Shown here piece by piece: positions 51,827 through 62,620 of a DNA stretch of 64,000 bases. The notes beneath the pieces are model-generated. The model did not search any database, had not been told where the DNA came from, and saw only the letters and a list, made by a program, of their open reading frames with translations. Position numbers and translations under genes: made by a program. The stretch is from the human T2T-CHM13v2.0 reference genome, Homo sapiens: NCBI RefSeq assembly GCF_009914755.1, contig NC_060935.1. One strand, written 5' to 3'. The first letter of the stretch is position 1; every line of letters starts with the position of its first letter.

Positions 51827-52162
51827 TGCTATGGTTTGAATGTTTGTCCCCTCCCACGCTCACGTTGAAATGCGATTGCCACTGTAACAGTATAAGATTA
51901 GACCCTAAGAGGTGGTCAGGCCACGAGGGCTCTGCCCTCCTGCGTGGACTCAGGCCGTTATCTTGGGAGTGGGTTCGCTCTCTCCCCTCACTCCTGTCAC
52001 TCTGTCCTCTGTCATGGGAAGATGCAGAAGGGTCCTCACTGGGCTCTGGGCCCTCCACTATGGACTTCCCAGCCTCCAGAGCTCTGAGCCAATACATTTC
52101 TGTTTATTATAACTTACCCCGTCTCAGGGATCTTGCTAGAGCAGCAAAAACAGACTCAGACA
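51827..52162 (+). mobile_element. MST-type LTR just downstream of the AP5B1 stop codon
   Basis: TGCTATGGTTTGAATG...GACTCAGACA; perfect TSD GACCC. Confidence 0.88.
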
Positions 52163-52318
52163 GACCCTCACCCCCAGGAGCCTGCTCCCAACCGGGGCCC
52201 AAAAGAAAACAAGCCAGCGAGGGCACTGCGGAATGCAGGGTTTTGGCGACAGAGCTACAGGAGTGTGCCTTGGCCCCCACAAGGGCCACAGTCCTGCCCC
52301 CACCTGGTCTCCCGGGGC

Positions 52319-54805
52319 TCAGACAGCAGCCGCCAGCCCACGGAGGTAGTCCCCCGCCAGGGGCAGCACGGCCCAGTCATCGGTCCGCAGGGCCACAGGC
52401 ACTCCATCTGCCAGGGCCGCCTCCAGCCGCAGCAGCAGCTTTGAGTCCGGGGGCAGGTGGATTGCTACACAGTAGCTGGTAGGAGGCTGGGCCACCACCA
52501 CAAAAGGCTCCAGGTGGCGGGACACCAAGCCCTCCAGGCCCTGTGGCCCAAGTGGACACCACACACGACTCTCAGCACCCTCTGGCAGGCAGGAATCCCA
52601 GAGCTCCTCAAAGAAGCCCAGCCCGGCCCCCTCTGGAGGCTGCGGGAAAGGCAGAAAGAGGTCGGCAAAGTTCACGAACAGGGGTGGCAAGTGGGCATGG
52701 CACGTGAGACCAGTGGATGTGGTGTAAAGGGCATGGACATCCAGCCGTGCGGGGGCCGGGCATCGGGGCTGCAGAGGCAGGAGCAGAGGGCGGGCAGGGC
52801 GGCCAGGACACAGGCAGGGCACATGGACAGCCTCCAGGGGTGCATACAGCTGTCCTTCCACACGGAAGCGCAGCTCCAGAGAGTAGATGGGCTCCAGCGC
52901 CTCCGGCTGGAGCTTCAACACTGGGAGTGGGCCCTTGACCCGATGGGACCCCAGGCTCAGCCGTACCAGGGCCGGTGCCTCCTGCACCATCAGTGCTGCC
53001 ACAAAGCCCTGGTTCTCGGCCACCAGTGAAGAGGCCAGTGCAGGTGCGGCAAGCGAGGGGCCCAGGGCCACCCCCAACTTGGGTGCTGCCAGGTGTGCCA
53101 GCAGGATGTAGTAGAGGCGGGCGTGGTCACGCCCATCAGGGTCCTCCAGCTGCCTGGCCAGCACCTGCAGCAAGTCGACCAGGCCGCCCCTCACCCCTGC
53201 CCGCAGCAGCGCCCGGCAGACCCGCAGCAGGCCCTGCTGTAGGTCCCAGTTCGTGCAGTGGGCAGCCGCGGCCTGTAGAAAGTTGAGGGTAGCACTCTGG
53301 GCATCTCCATCTGCCACCTTTGCCAGCATTTGCAGGTGCCAGCAAAGAGCTTCATCCCTGCCCGGCCTGGACACCACCACCTGCCGCAACACCACCTTCA
53401 GGGGCTCCCTCAGCTCAGAGTCCACCTGATCCAAGAGGTCCACAAAGTGGGGAGCCAGCATGGGCCGGGCTTGGTACAGCTGGGCCAGTCCGTGGATCAA
53501 GGGGGTCAGCACCGTAGGTTGCCCAGCCAGGCAGCAGGCCACCAGATACGAGGCCTGGAAGCAGAGAGTGGCCAAGGCCCGGGGGCCCCCATCCAGGGCT
53601 GCCCGCTGCCGCAAGCCAGCCAGCAGCTCTTCCAGGTAGTGCCGTGGGCTTGGAAGCTGGCCTTTCTCCTCTTCTTCCTCCTCGGCACAGAGCAGGCACA
53701 GTAAATGCAGGCGGGCCAGGAGGGCCATTGGGTCATGCAGGAGACTGGGCAGGAGACCACGGCATAGCTGGGGCCCTAGCAGCAGTGGGGCAGCCTCCTC
53801 ACCTTCAGGGCCCAGCGGCCAGTTCTCAGGGAAGCTCAGGACGCAGTGCAGGTAAAAGAGATGGGTGGGCGGAGGCAGAGCAGGGTGCTGGGCAGCCAAG
53901 GTGAGCCGGCGGAGCAGCAACGCTTCATCCTGGGCTGTGAACAAGGCCTCACCAAAGGCCGCCTTGAGCGCAAGCATGGCGTGCAACAGTGTCAGCTGTG
54001 CTGTGCCTAGCAGCCGTACCAGCTGCGGCTTGAAGAGTGCCGGTGGCTGTCCCTGCAGACCCCGCAGGGCCCAGCCCAGCAGCCACAGGAGCTGGGCCTG
54101 GGCCACAGGAGTGAGCAGATAGGAGGTGTCCAGAAGCTGGATCACCGCAGCCCGCAGCTCCCGCGCCTCCTCAGGGCTGTGCTCTCGTGCTGTAAGGCTA
54201 CGCTCCCCCTCTCCCTCCTCAGCTGCCGGCCAGCTGGGTGCCTGGGGCTGAAGGCGTCCATCGCCCTCCTCCACTAGTGTCCAATCCCAGGGACCACCCC
54301 CAGTTGGGGAGACCTTATCCGTGAACAGTCCCCCCAGGCCAGCCCCAACCCGGGACTGGAGCACCAAGGTGTTGCGCAAAGCGAGGGCCAGCAACAGGCT
54401 GAGTGGCTGGACAGGGCCTTCCTGCCCCAGCAGGCCCCGCAGCAACCCCAGGGAGCCCCCCAGCAGCCCGGGCTTGCAGCTCTCTAGCTCTCGCAGGCAC
54501 TCGCAGGCCGTGGCCTGCAAGGGGCGCTGTTCCGAGGCGGGGACAAAGCCTCGCCCCAGATCGCTACCCGCGGCCAGGCCGAGCAGTAGGGGCAGGAGCC
54601 GGCAGGAGGCGCCCGAGGTGGGGCCCAGCGCGCCGCCCGCCGCCAGGGCAGTGGTGGCCGCCAGCAGCAGTGGCCGACGGAGAGCTGAGGGCCGCGGGGG
54701 TAGGAGGACCAAGGTGTCCAACAGGGAGGTGGCGGCCACTTCGGCCGCAGAGGCGTCGGGCCACAGCTGCGCAGGGTACTCCATGCTCAGGGCCAGCAGG
54801 GAAAC
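52319..54805 (-). CDS. AP5B1: AP-5 complex subunit beta-1, coding exon 2 (aa 51-878)
   Basis: Acceptor ...CCCCATCCAG|GTT at 54806/54805; VSLLALS then the 821-aa ORF MEYPAQLW...LRGLAAAV-stop; Leu/Ala-rich solenoid. With exon 1 this totals 878 aa. Confidence 0.96.
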   Translation of the reverse strand, partial: VSLLALSMEYPAQLWPDASAAEVAATSLLDTLVLLPPRPSALRRPLLLAATTALAAGGALGPTSGASCRLLPLLLGLAAGSDLGRGFVPASEQRPLQATACECLRELESCKPGLLGGSLGLLRGLLGQEGPVQPLSLLLALALRNTLVLQSRVGAGLGGLFTDKVSPTGGGPWDWTLVEEGDGRLQPQAPSWPAAEEGEGERSLTAREHSPEEARELRAAVIQLLDTSYLLTPVAQAQLLWLLGWALRGLQGQPPALFKPQLVRLLGTAQLTLLHAMLALKAAFGEALFTAQDEALLLRRLTLAAQHPALPPPTHLFYLHCVLSFPENWPLGPEGEEAAPLLLGPQLCRGLLPSLLHDPMALLARLHLLCLLCAEEEEEEKGQLPSPRHYLEELLAGLRQRAALDGGPRALATLCFQASYLVACCLAGQPTVLTPLIHGLAQLYQARPMLAPHFVDLLDQVDSELREPLKVVLRQVVVSRPGRDEALCWHLQMLAKVADGDAQSATLNFLQAAAAHCTNWDLQQGLLRVCRALLRAGVRGGLVDLLQVLARQLEDPDGRDHARLYYILLAHLAAPKLGVALGPSLAAPALASSLVAENQGFVAALMVQEAPALVRLSLGSHRVKGPLPVLKLQPEALEPIYSLELRFRVEGQLYAPLEAVHVPCLCPGRPARPLLLPLQPRCPAPARLDVHALYTTSTGLTCHAHLPPLFVNFADLFLPFPQPPEGAGLGFFEELWDSCLPEGAESRVWCPLGPQGLEGLVSRHLEPFVVVAQPPTSYCVAIHLPPDSKLLLRLEAALADGVPVALRTDDWAVLPLAGDYLRGLAAAV

Positions 54806-56300
54806 CTGGATGGGGGATTAGGAGGGAATCACGAAGATGAGGTTCATGACGCGGCGGGCTGGGGTGACCCTGCGGAACGGCGCAGGGGACGCGTGGGGGC
54901 CTACCTTGGTCTGTTCGCTCAGCTTCTCACTTCTCAGGTCGCTCAGCAGGTCGCGACCCAAATCCTCCCCCTCGGGACCTGCCATGAAGGCAGACGGGCT
55001 GGCCCGGAAGGCCCCCAAGCGCTGGGCCCAGGCGTCCCGGCTCAGGGGCCCCATGGTGAGGCGCGCGGGCCCCTGCGCAGGGAAGAGGGACCCTCAGGCC
55101 GCAGCCACCGGGAGCGCGGGGCCCGCTGCCGACCCCGAGGGGCTGCGGTCACCCCCAGACGCCGCGCAGATGCCGGCGGGACCCGCGCCCGGCTCCCACG
55201 GTGAGACCAGGGCTCTCGGGGCCGACGCCAGAGCTGGGCGCCGGGGCCCTCGCGGGACAGGACAGGAGCAGGGCGGGGGAGGGTGCGTGCCGAGAGCTCG
55301 TTAGGCCGCCTCCCTCCCGCCCGCGGCCCGCACCGAAACCACAGCGCCACCCCGGCCCCCGGCGCCGGCGGTAACGGGCCGCGCTCGCCGCCTGACTCAG
55401 CCGCCGCGGGCACTCAGGCCGGCCGGCTCCTTCCGGGCTGGCGGCGCGGGGCGGGGCGCGGCGCGGGGGCGGCCGAGTCCGGGCGGGGAGGGGCGGGGCG
55501 TAACGGGGCCACCGCCTCCCGCAGGTGTCGACTCGCAGGTTTCGCGGGGGCTGACTAACTGTCCCGCCGCGCAGGCCCCCTTCCCCGAAACCGCCGCAGG
55601 CCCGGGCAGGAAAGGCGGAGGGGAGTGGGTAGGGGTGGCGGAGCGGGGTGGGCCTGGGCCCCAGATGCCGGGTACCGCGGCGCAGGGCTGCGATCCCGCG
55701 GCCCTCGGCGGACAGCGGCCCGGTCCCACCAGCGCCCGCCAAGCCGCGCAGGGCGGCAGCCAGCGCGCCCCCCGCCGGCGCCCGGGCACACCGCACCCTG
55801 CGCCAGACGCGCGGCCCCGGGGGGCGTGGGTGCGGGTCCTGGGGCTCCCGGAGTGGCCCCTGGGGGTGACCAAGGTGCGGTCGCAGGGCGCCCGCAGGAA
55901 AAGCGCCCCAGCTGAACCGGTCCGGCGGGCGCCGCAGGGCTTGGCTTCGCTTCCCTGACGCCTGCCCGGGCCCCCAGCCCGCTCGGCTTGGGGGCGAGGA
56001 GCCGGCGCCGCGGTTGCGGCCAGCCAGGAGCTTCTGACCTTTGTTTGCCCGAGGCCGCGCTGGCGGCCCGCAGGGGTCGTGACGGCGAGGGCGGGGCAGG
56101 GCCCTAAGTCGAAAACAACGGGATCCATACTCGGGAAGTGCGGGCTGTCAGGGCCTGGCCGGTCACGGGGCTCGAGGCATGCCTAGCGATGGGGAAAACA
56201 GGCCCAGGAGGAGGGCGGCCTTGCCAACCGAGATCTGGGGCCAAGCCGGGCCGGAACCCAGCACTCCAGACTTCAGTGGGCTGGATTCTGGCTGTTTGGG
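54450..56300. promoter_or_regulatory. CpG island / AP5B1 promoter
   Basis: Very high GC and CpG density; clustered GGGGCGGGG boxes at ~55448-55499. Confidence 0.9.
54905..55054 (-). CDS. AP5B1: AP-5 complex subunit beta-1, coding exon 1 (aa 1-50)
   Basis: Strong Kozak CTCACCATGG; MGPLSRDAWAQRLGAFRASPSAF...SEQTK; donor AAG|GTAGGC; 99-nt phase-0 intron at 54806-54904. Confidence 0.96.
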
Positions 56301-57719
56301 GGCATTCGGGGGTCTGGGCGGCGGTCTCTCCCAGGCCAGAGGCCCAGGTTGCAGGTGCCCCACAGACCACCGGTTTCCAGGGCACAGAACCGCCGGCGCC
56401 CAAACCCCACCACCCCTCTGGCTCCAATTAGCCGCTTTGAAGATGAAACAGGCCTGAGCCCCCATGCAAGCCAGTGCCAGCTGGCCTCTCCCTACCCCAT
56501 CCTGCTCCAGATGGGAGGTGGTGGAGAGTTGAGGGGTGGAGAGTGCCAAAAAGGAGGCTGTCTGGGTGCCCTTGGGGATGGAGAGATAGAGACCCACCCG
56601 GAGGGACAGGTCCAGCCAGAAGGCCCGGTCCCGGCTCCTCTAGGCCCTGGCTCCACAGTTGACTCACAGGCAGCAGCCCCAAACTACTTCCCTCTAGGTG
56701 CCTCAGTTTCCCCATCTATAAAATGGGAGTGATAACTCCCACCCAAGAGGCTGTGGGGTGAGGCAGCCTGGCTAATTAAACCCAAGATGAAAGAGGCAGG
56801 ATGAGAGCAGCCCTGGGGAGGGGAGGCAGCCTGCAGTAGGAGCCAGTCTGGTTTCTCTGTCTGAGCCCAGAGGGTGCTGGTAACTGCACATCCCCGGCCC
56901 TCACCACCCTCACGGTGAGGCAGGAATGATCATTAAACTTCTTGCAGAGTTGAGAAGACAGGTTTCCAAGGATCAGGGGGCCTGACACTGGCTCTGGCCC
57001 CGGCTCAGCCTCTGACAGCGTGGCCTCTGCACACCTCCTGCCTGAGTCTTGACTCCTTGAGGCTGAGGGTCTGGAGGGAGGGAACCCACTTGTGGTCTCC
57101 AATACTGCAGTGGACGAATCCGCATGGACTTACTGAGGCTCACAGCAACCCCAGGTACCGAGAGTGGGTATCAGATGAGGAAAGGGAAGCCCACAGAGGT
57201 ACGGTCTCTCAGTCACAGAGCCCCTCAGAGGTGGAGCCTCGACTTCCACAAACAGCCCCTTGTTGCATCTGACCTGGTCCTCCCCCCACACCAGGTACCC
57301 TCGGCCCTCTTGGGTGTCCAGGTCCCTGGATGGGCCCTGTTCTCACCTGTCTGCTCCCCTATTGGCGGGTGGTGCTGGCTCTGTCCCTGGCAAGGCCAGG
57401 CATGGAGCTGAGCTCAGACTGTCACCGGACTCACCCGGGACAGCAACATCCCAGTCGAGGGCCCAGGTGTGGGCCACTGCCGGATGCTGAGCTGGGAATT
57501 CCCCACTCCACGCCCTCCCTCATTTCTTCTCCTGCTGAGTTTCTGTCCTCCCCATGCAGCCCAGTTGTGGGCAGACACTAAACACAAGGCTTGTAAAAGG
57601 GAAAGTCAGCTTCCCAAGGGGTCCTGAGCCTCAGTTTTCTCATCTGTAAAATCGGGCTACAACAAACACACTCTCGCAGCACTGGCTGCTGGGGATACAG
57701 GAAGGCTTAGGAAAGAACG

Positions 57720-57950
57720 AGTCAATAGGCAAAGCCATGGAGATAGAGCAGATAGTGGGTGCTGGGCCAGGGGGAAGGGAGACACAGTGACAGCTAATGA
57801 GTACAGGGTTTTCTTTGGGGCCATGAAAATGTTCTGAGATTTAGTGATGATGGTTGTACAGCTCTGTGAGGTTACTAAAAACCAGTGAATTGTACATCTT
57901 ATAAAAGGGTGAATTTGATGGTATATGAATTCTATCTAAATAAAGCTATT
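57720..57950 (+). mobile_element. L1M 3' end fragment
   Basis: GCTAATGAGTACAGGGTTTTCTTTGGGG...GAAAATGTTCTG...GGTATATGAATT...AATAAAGCT. Confidence 0.75.
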
Positions 57951-58019
57951 TAAAATGGTGTTTAAAAAGGGGTCCCACCCCAGACCAGCAGGGGCACAAA
58001 AAGTAAAAATAAAAAATAA

Positions 58020-58330
58020 GGCCGGGCACGGTGGCTCACTCCTGTAATCCCAGCCTTTGGGAGGCTGAGGCGGGCAGATCACGAGGTCAGGAGATCGAGA
58101 CCATCCTGGAGAACATGGTGAAACCCCGTCTCTACTAAAAATACAAAAAAATTAGCTGGGCATGGTGGCGGGCGCCTGTAAGTCCCAGCTACTCAGGAGG
58201 CTGAGGCAGGAGAATGGCGTGAACCAGGGGGTCGGAGCTTGCAGTGAGCCGAGATCACGCCACTGCTCTCCAGCCTGGACGACAGGGAGACACCGTCTCA
58301 AAAAAAATAAATAAATAAAAATAAAAAAGT
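58020..58330 (+). mobile_element. AluY-like element
   Basis: GATCGAGACCATCC and GAATGGCGTGAACC diagnostics; A-rich tail. Confidence 0.92.
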
Positions 58331-60699
58331 AAAATAAAAAGGGGTCCCTCAAGTTCAGAACTTGCACTGGTGGGGAGGAGAACCAACAATAAACAAGAAA
58401 GACAAACGAAACACCACAGAGTCAAAGTTGTGGCAAAGAAAATAGGATAGTGGGACAGAGGTGGCAGGGGACAAGGATTTAGCTGGGGTGGATGGAGAGG
58501 CCCCTCAGAAGAGGGGACATTTGGTTGAAACCTGAATGAAGAAAGGTGGCCAGTAATCCAGTAGGGAAAAGTGTTCCAGGCAGAAGGAGCATCGGGAGGA
58601 GGGGCCAGAGCTGGGAACAGGCCAAGGCTTGTTCAGGGGACGCGGGAGACAGCAGTGTGGCTGGCATACAGGGACCCAGCTGGAAGGGGATTGGGAGGTC
58701 AACGGCGGCCCCAGCACGCCAGGCCTCAGGCTCTTATTCCAGCTGCAGTGAAGCCACTGGAGGGTGTGAGCCGAGGGGAGGCCTGGCCTGGGTTTTAAGA
58801 GCACCTCGTGTGGCCCACCTGCCTCTCCAACCTCAGCTTCCCTACCCTCTCTTCCCCCCACCGCACGGCCAGGTTGCATTTGGGTTCGCGGTACACACTA
58901 GGCTCACTCCTGCTCAGGGCCTTGGCATCAGCTGTTCCTTCTGCTGGTCATGATCTTCTCCACTCTGCACAGCTGGCTCCACCCTCTCATTCAGGCCTCA
59001 GCACCCCTACCTGCCACCATCACATTCTCTCGCCAAATGTTCTCTGTGCATCTTAGGCTTCTGCTTGTTTCCTTGTTTCTTTGTCTGCCTTGCCTTGTAG
59101 AATCTCAGTGCCTGGCACAGCAGGTTCTCAGGAATTAAGGGAAGAATTACGGGATGAATGAACACCATCTAGCTGGCACTGTGCTGCTAGATGAACAGAG
59201 ATGTACTGCTAGATGTGGTGAACAGAGCACAGGCCGCCAGCCTTCGTGACACTCACAGTTCAACTCCGTGTTTCCCCGCCGTCACATACATCGTCTGTCT
59301 CCTGAGCTGCCCGTGAAGACAGCCACACCACACACCGCGGCCTGTGGGTCAAACCTAACCCACAAAGGTGTTTTGTTGGATCCATTCCATGTTTTAAAAT
59401 TTTTTGATTAGCTGGGTGTGGTGGCAAACACCTGTAGTCCCAGCTACTCAGGAGGCTGAGGCAGGAGGATCACTTGAGCCCAGTAATTCGAGATTGCACC
59501 ACTGTGCTCCAGCCCAGGCGACCTGGTGAGACCCCAACTCTTAAAATTATTTTAAAAATAAAAAAATTGAGCTAACATTTAAAAATTAGTTGATTTCACT
59601 TACAAATCTGGACTTCTGGCTTCTCTTGGAAAATGGAAAGCTGTGGCCACGTGGGGTTTGTGCACCTGAATGACAGGATTGTGACTGCCGTTTAGATAGG
59701 GACATTCTCTCCCGTCCCCCCAACTCTGTTCTCCCCGACGGCCAGGGCCAGTTGTGTTTTCTCACTGAATTTGTAGTATTGTCTTCCCATATCTATGTCT
59801 CCACCAAAAGTTGGACTGTGAAAGGTGAATGGGTCACAGGAGTCAAGAAAAGAGGATATTCATTCATTCAACAAACATTTATTGATAACCCACTTTGTGC
59901 CAGGCACAGCTGTAGATGCTGGAGATATAGCAGTAGACAACACCGCCTCCCACCTGGGGCCCCATTCCACATCCTGTAACTCACTTGTGCAGGGAGGGGT
60001 TCCCCTGGCCGGCTTCACTTTATCTACCCAGTGTCCTGTCCCTCTGGACATTGGAGTTGCTCCCTTGATGGGGAAGACTGCCCCTTGTGTCTAGGGACAT
60101 CTGTGAAGACTTCACCGTAGTATCCACCGAGCACCCACTGTGTACCAGCCCATCAGGGCTTGGCACAACAAAACTGCTCAACCAATATTTGTTGAATGAA
60201 TGAACTAACTGCACCTCTGTCCTAGACAGATTGTGTTTAAGGTTGTTTCTCCTGGATTCACCTCAAAAGATAGGCACATACCAGGTGTTCACTTAATGTC
60301 AGTTGAACTCAAAGGTCTGGCTGGGATCAGAGTGGAGGTCACAGCCCTTAGAAAGGCAGGGGAAGAGGCAAACACGAACGCCCCATCCCTGCCCTTAAGT
60401 AGGTCAGCGAGTGAAGGAAGCCCAGCCAGCGCCCAAGTGTCACGATGAGAGTGTGGGCTTCATGGAGGCCTCTGAGGAGCGGGGGCATACCTCCACGTGG
60501 GCCTGGGGCCTGAGGAGAGTATGAAGAGTGGCTGGGGGCGCGGGTCCCAGGCTGAACCTCAGCCCTGGGCAGGCCGTGGGTAGGAAGCTCTCCGCGGTGG
60601 CCGCAGCAGGGCAAAGGCGGCTGAGCCTTTCCCGGTCTGAGGTCCCCAGCCCTCCGCGCTCCACCAGCCTGGCTGCACCTGAAATCCACCCATTTGGGA

Positions 60700-62620
60700 C
60701 AAGGAGGAGTTTTTTTGAGGATGCATAAGTCCCACTGGCCAAGACACGGGGGTCTGTCGGGCTCTCGGCGCACTCCGCGCAGTTGAAGCCACTTCCTCCG
60801 TGAAGCCCTCCGGGCAGAAGGCGGGTTCTCCGACGGGTACTCGGTCGCGCGGTCCGTGCCTCCCCACACACCGGCCGGGGCCGCTCCTGCGGCCCTGCGT
60901 GCCTTTTCGCACAAAGCCGGCGCCCAGCAAACACCTCCCCGGCTGAGCCACGAGTTGCTTAGCCAAGCCTTTGGGATCCCGCGCCGCCTGGGCCCAGGCC
61001 CGGTTCAACAAGTGCGGACCGGGCCGCCCGTTCCCGCCCGGCGGCTTCGCGCCTCCCCAGGAGCCTCGGGCGCGCCGGGTTGGGCCGGCCCCAGTGGGGC
61101 GAGTTTCGTGTCATCACCCGCGGAGCGTGCCAGCGCCGGTGCAAATAACGTTGCCCCCTCCCTCCCGGCTCCGCTCGCTCCGAAACTCCTGTTTGCAAAC
61201 GCCAGTACGCCTGGCTAGGAGGTCCCGCGGGGGCCGGGCCGGCTGGGCAGCCAGGGGCTGAGTGCCCGAAGCTCGCCCCCCGACCCCGCCCCGCCCGGCC
61301 GCCCCGCCCGGGCCGCGAGGCCACCTCACCCGCAGCGGAATGGAAACCGGTTCGACAGGTAACAAATAGGTGGGTTGTCACCGTTATTTCCCAACGCATG
61401 CGCCGTCGCTCCCCGGGCCACCCCAAGCTAATTAGATCAGATCACCGCCCCCCACCCCCACCCCCCCCCGCCCCAGCCACCAACACACACCGCCGCGAAC
61501 CAATAAAGCGTGAACCCGTCCGTCCGGCTCGCACTTTAAGACTTCCCGAGCGGCGGCGGGGACGCCAGTCGAGCCGGGAGACGCTTACCTGCCACTTCCC
61601 CGCGCCGCCCGGTGCACCTGGCCGCAAGGGACCTCGTTCTCAGGGAAGACGGCGACATTCCGCGGAGGTGGAACCGGCGCGCGCCGTCCGGGCTCGGACC
61701 TTCCCCGGAACGTGGGGGCGCCTTAGCGACTCCTTCCCTGTTGTGCCCCCGTTCCCGGCGTTCAGCCCGGCCCCGCAAAGGTGGGACGGCTCCCGGCTTC
61801 AGTTACGGAAGCGGCCCGTGTCCAGCGACGAGGGTTCGAAAATGCCCCGCGCGTTCCTGGTGAAGAAGCCGTGCGTCTCCACGTGCAAGAGGAACTGGAG
61901 CGAGCTCCCCGACGAGGAGCGCGGCGAGATCTACGTGCCAGGTGAGGCTCCAACCGCCCTCCGGCCTGGGGCACCCGCGGCGGCGTCGAGGCTGCGGGCG
62001 GGCGGGCGGGCGCAGGTCCGCGGAGCCAGGCGGCAGGCGCGGTGTGGGCGCCGGGGCTGAATGCGGCCGCGGCCTGGGCTGGGTGGGCCCGCGGCTCTCG
62101 ACCCGGGACTCGGGGGGCGGGGGCGGGGCCGGCGGAAGAGCGCTGGTCGGGGCGGGGGCTGCATGGTGGAAGGGGAGCCGCTCCCAGGGCCAGGGGGCGC
62201 GGAACCGCCTACCCCCACCCCCTGAACCGCGGCACAGAGGAGGCAGCGGGGTGTGTCACCGCTCAGGCGACCCTCGGCTCCGACGTCGTAAATCCAGAAA
62301 ACCGGGACTCGCATGAGGCGGGAGAAGGCACTGGAGCGATGCCACTTTGGGGGGCGGGGAGCGGGCTGGAGTTTCGGCCGAGATTTGTGTTAAAAGCTCA
62401 GAGCTTCAGCCGCTCGCACAGGTCCTTCCTCCTCCCCCACAACACTGGTGGCCGGGTCGGAGTGAGGGTCGGGCCGGTGGGGGGCGTGGGCCCCCAAATT
62501 TTCGTTGGGCTCCGGCTGCTAGTCCCGCGCAGTGAGCCGAGACGGTGGGACAGGCGCCCGCTGCGCCCCGCTTGCCCTTAAAGCAGAGGTGGGATCGGGT
62601 CTCACCTCTGCTAGAAACGC
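60700..62620. promoter_or_regulatory. CpG island / OVOL1 promoter, TSS probably near 61530
   Basis: CpG-dense; GC boxes; AATAAA at 61502-61507 as a TATA-like element ~25-30 nt before Inr-like GCACTTT; GRHL, ZEB and OVOL motifs at 61345-61386. Confidence 0.85.
61842..61941 (+). CDS. OVOL1: Ovo-like transcriptional repressor 1, coding exon 1 (SNAG motif); rest of gene lies beyond the window
   Basis: MPRAFLVKKPCVSTCKRNWSELPDEERGEIYVP, then donor CCAG|GTGAGG (phase 1). Confidence 0.96.

Noticed and set aside
55765-55779. CTCF-like GCGCCCCCCGCCGGC between AP5B1 and OVOL1
   Set aside because: An imperfect match in very GC-rich DNA; not supportable without PWM or ChIP data.
55149-56128. 215-aa and 243-aa ORFs upstream of AP5B1
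   Set aside because: Low-complexity Arg/Pro/Gly translations expected from a CpG island.
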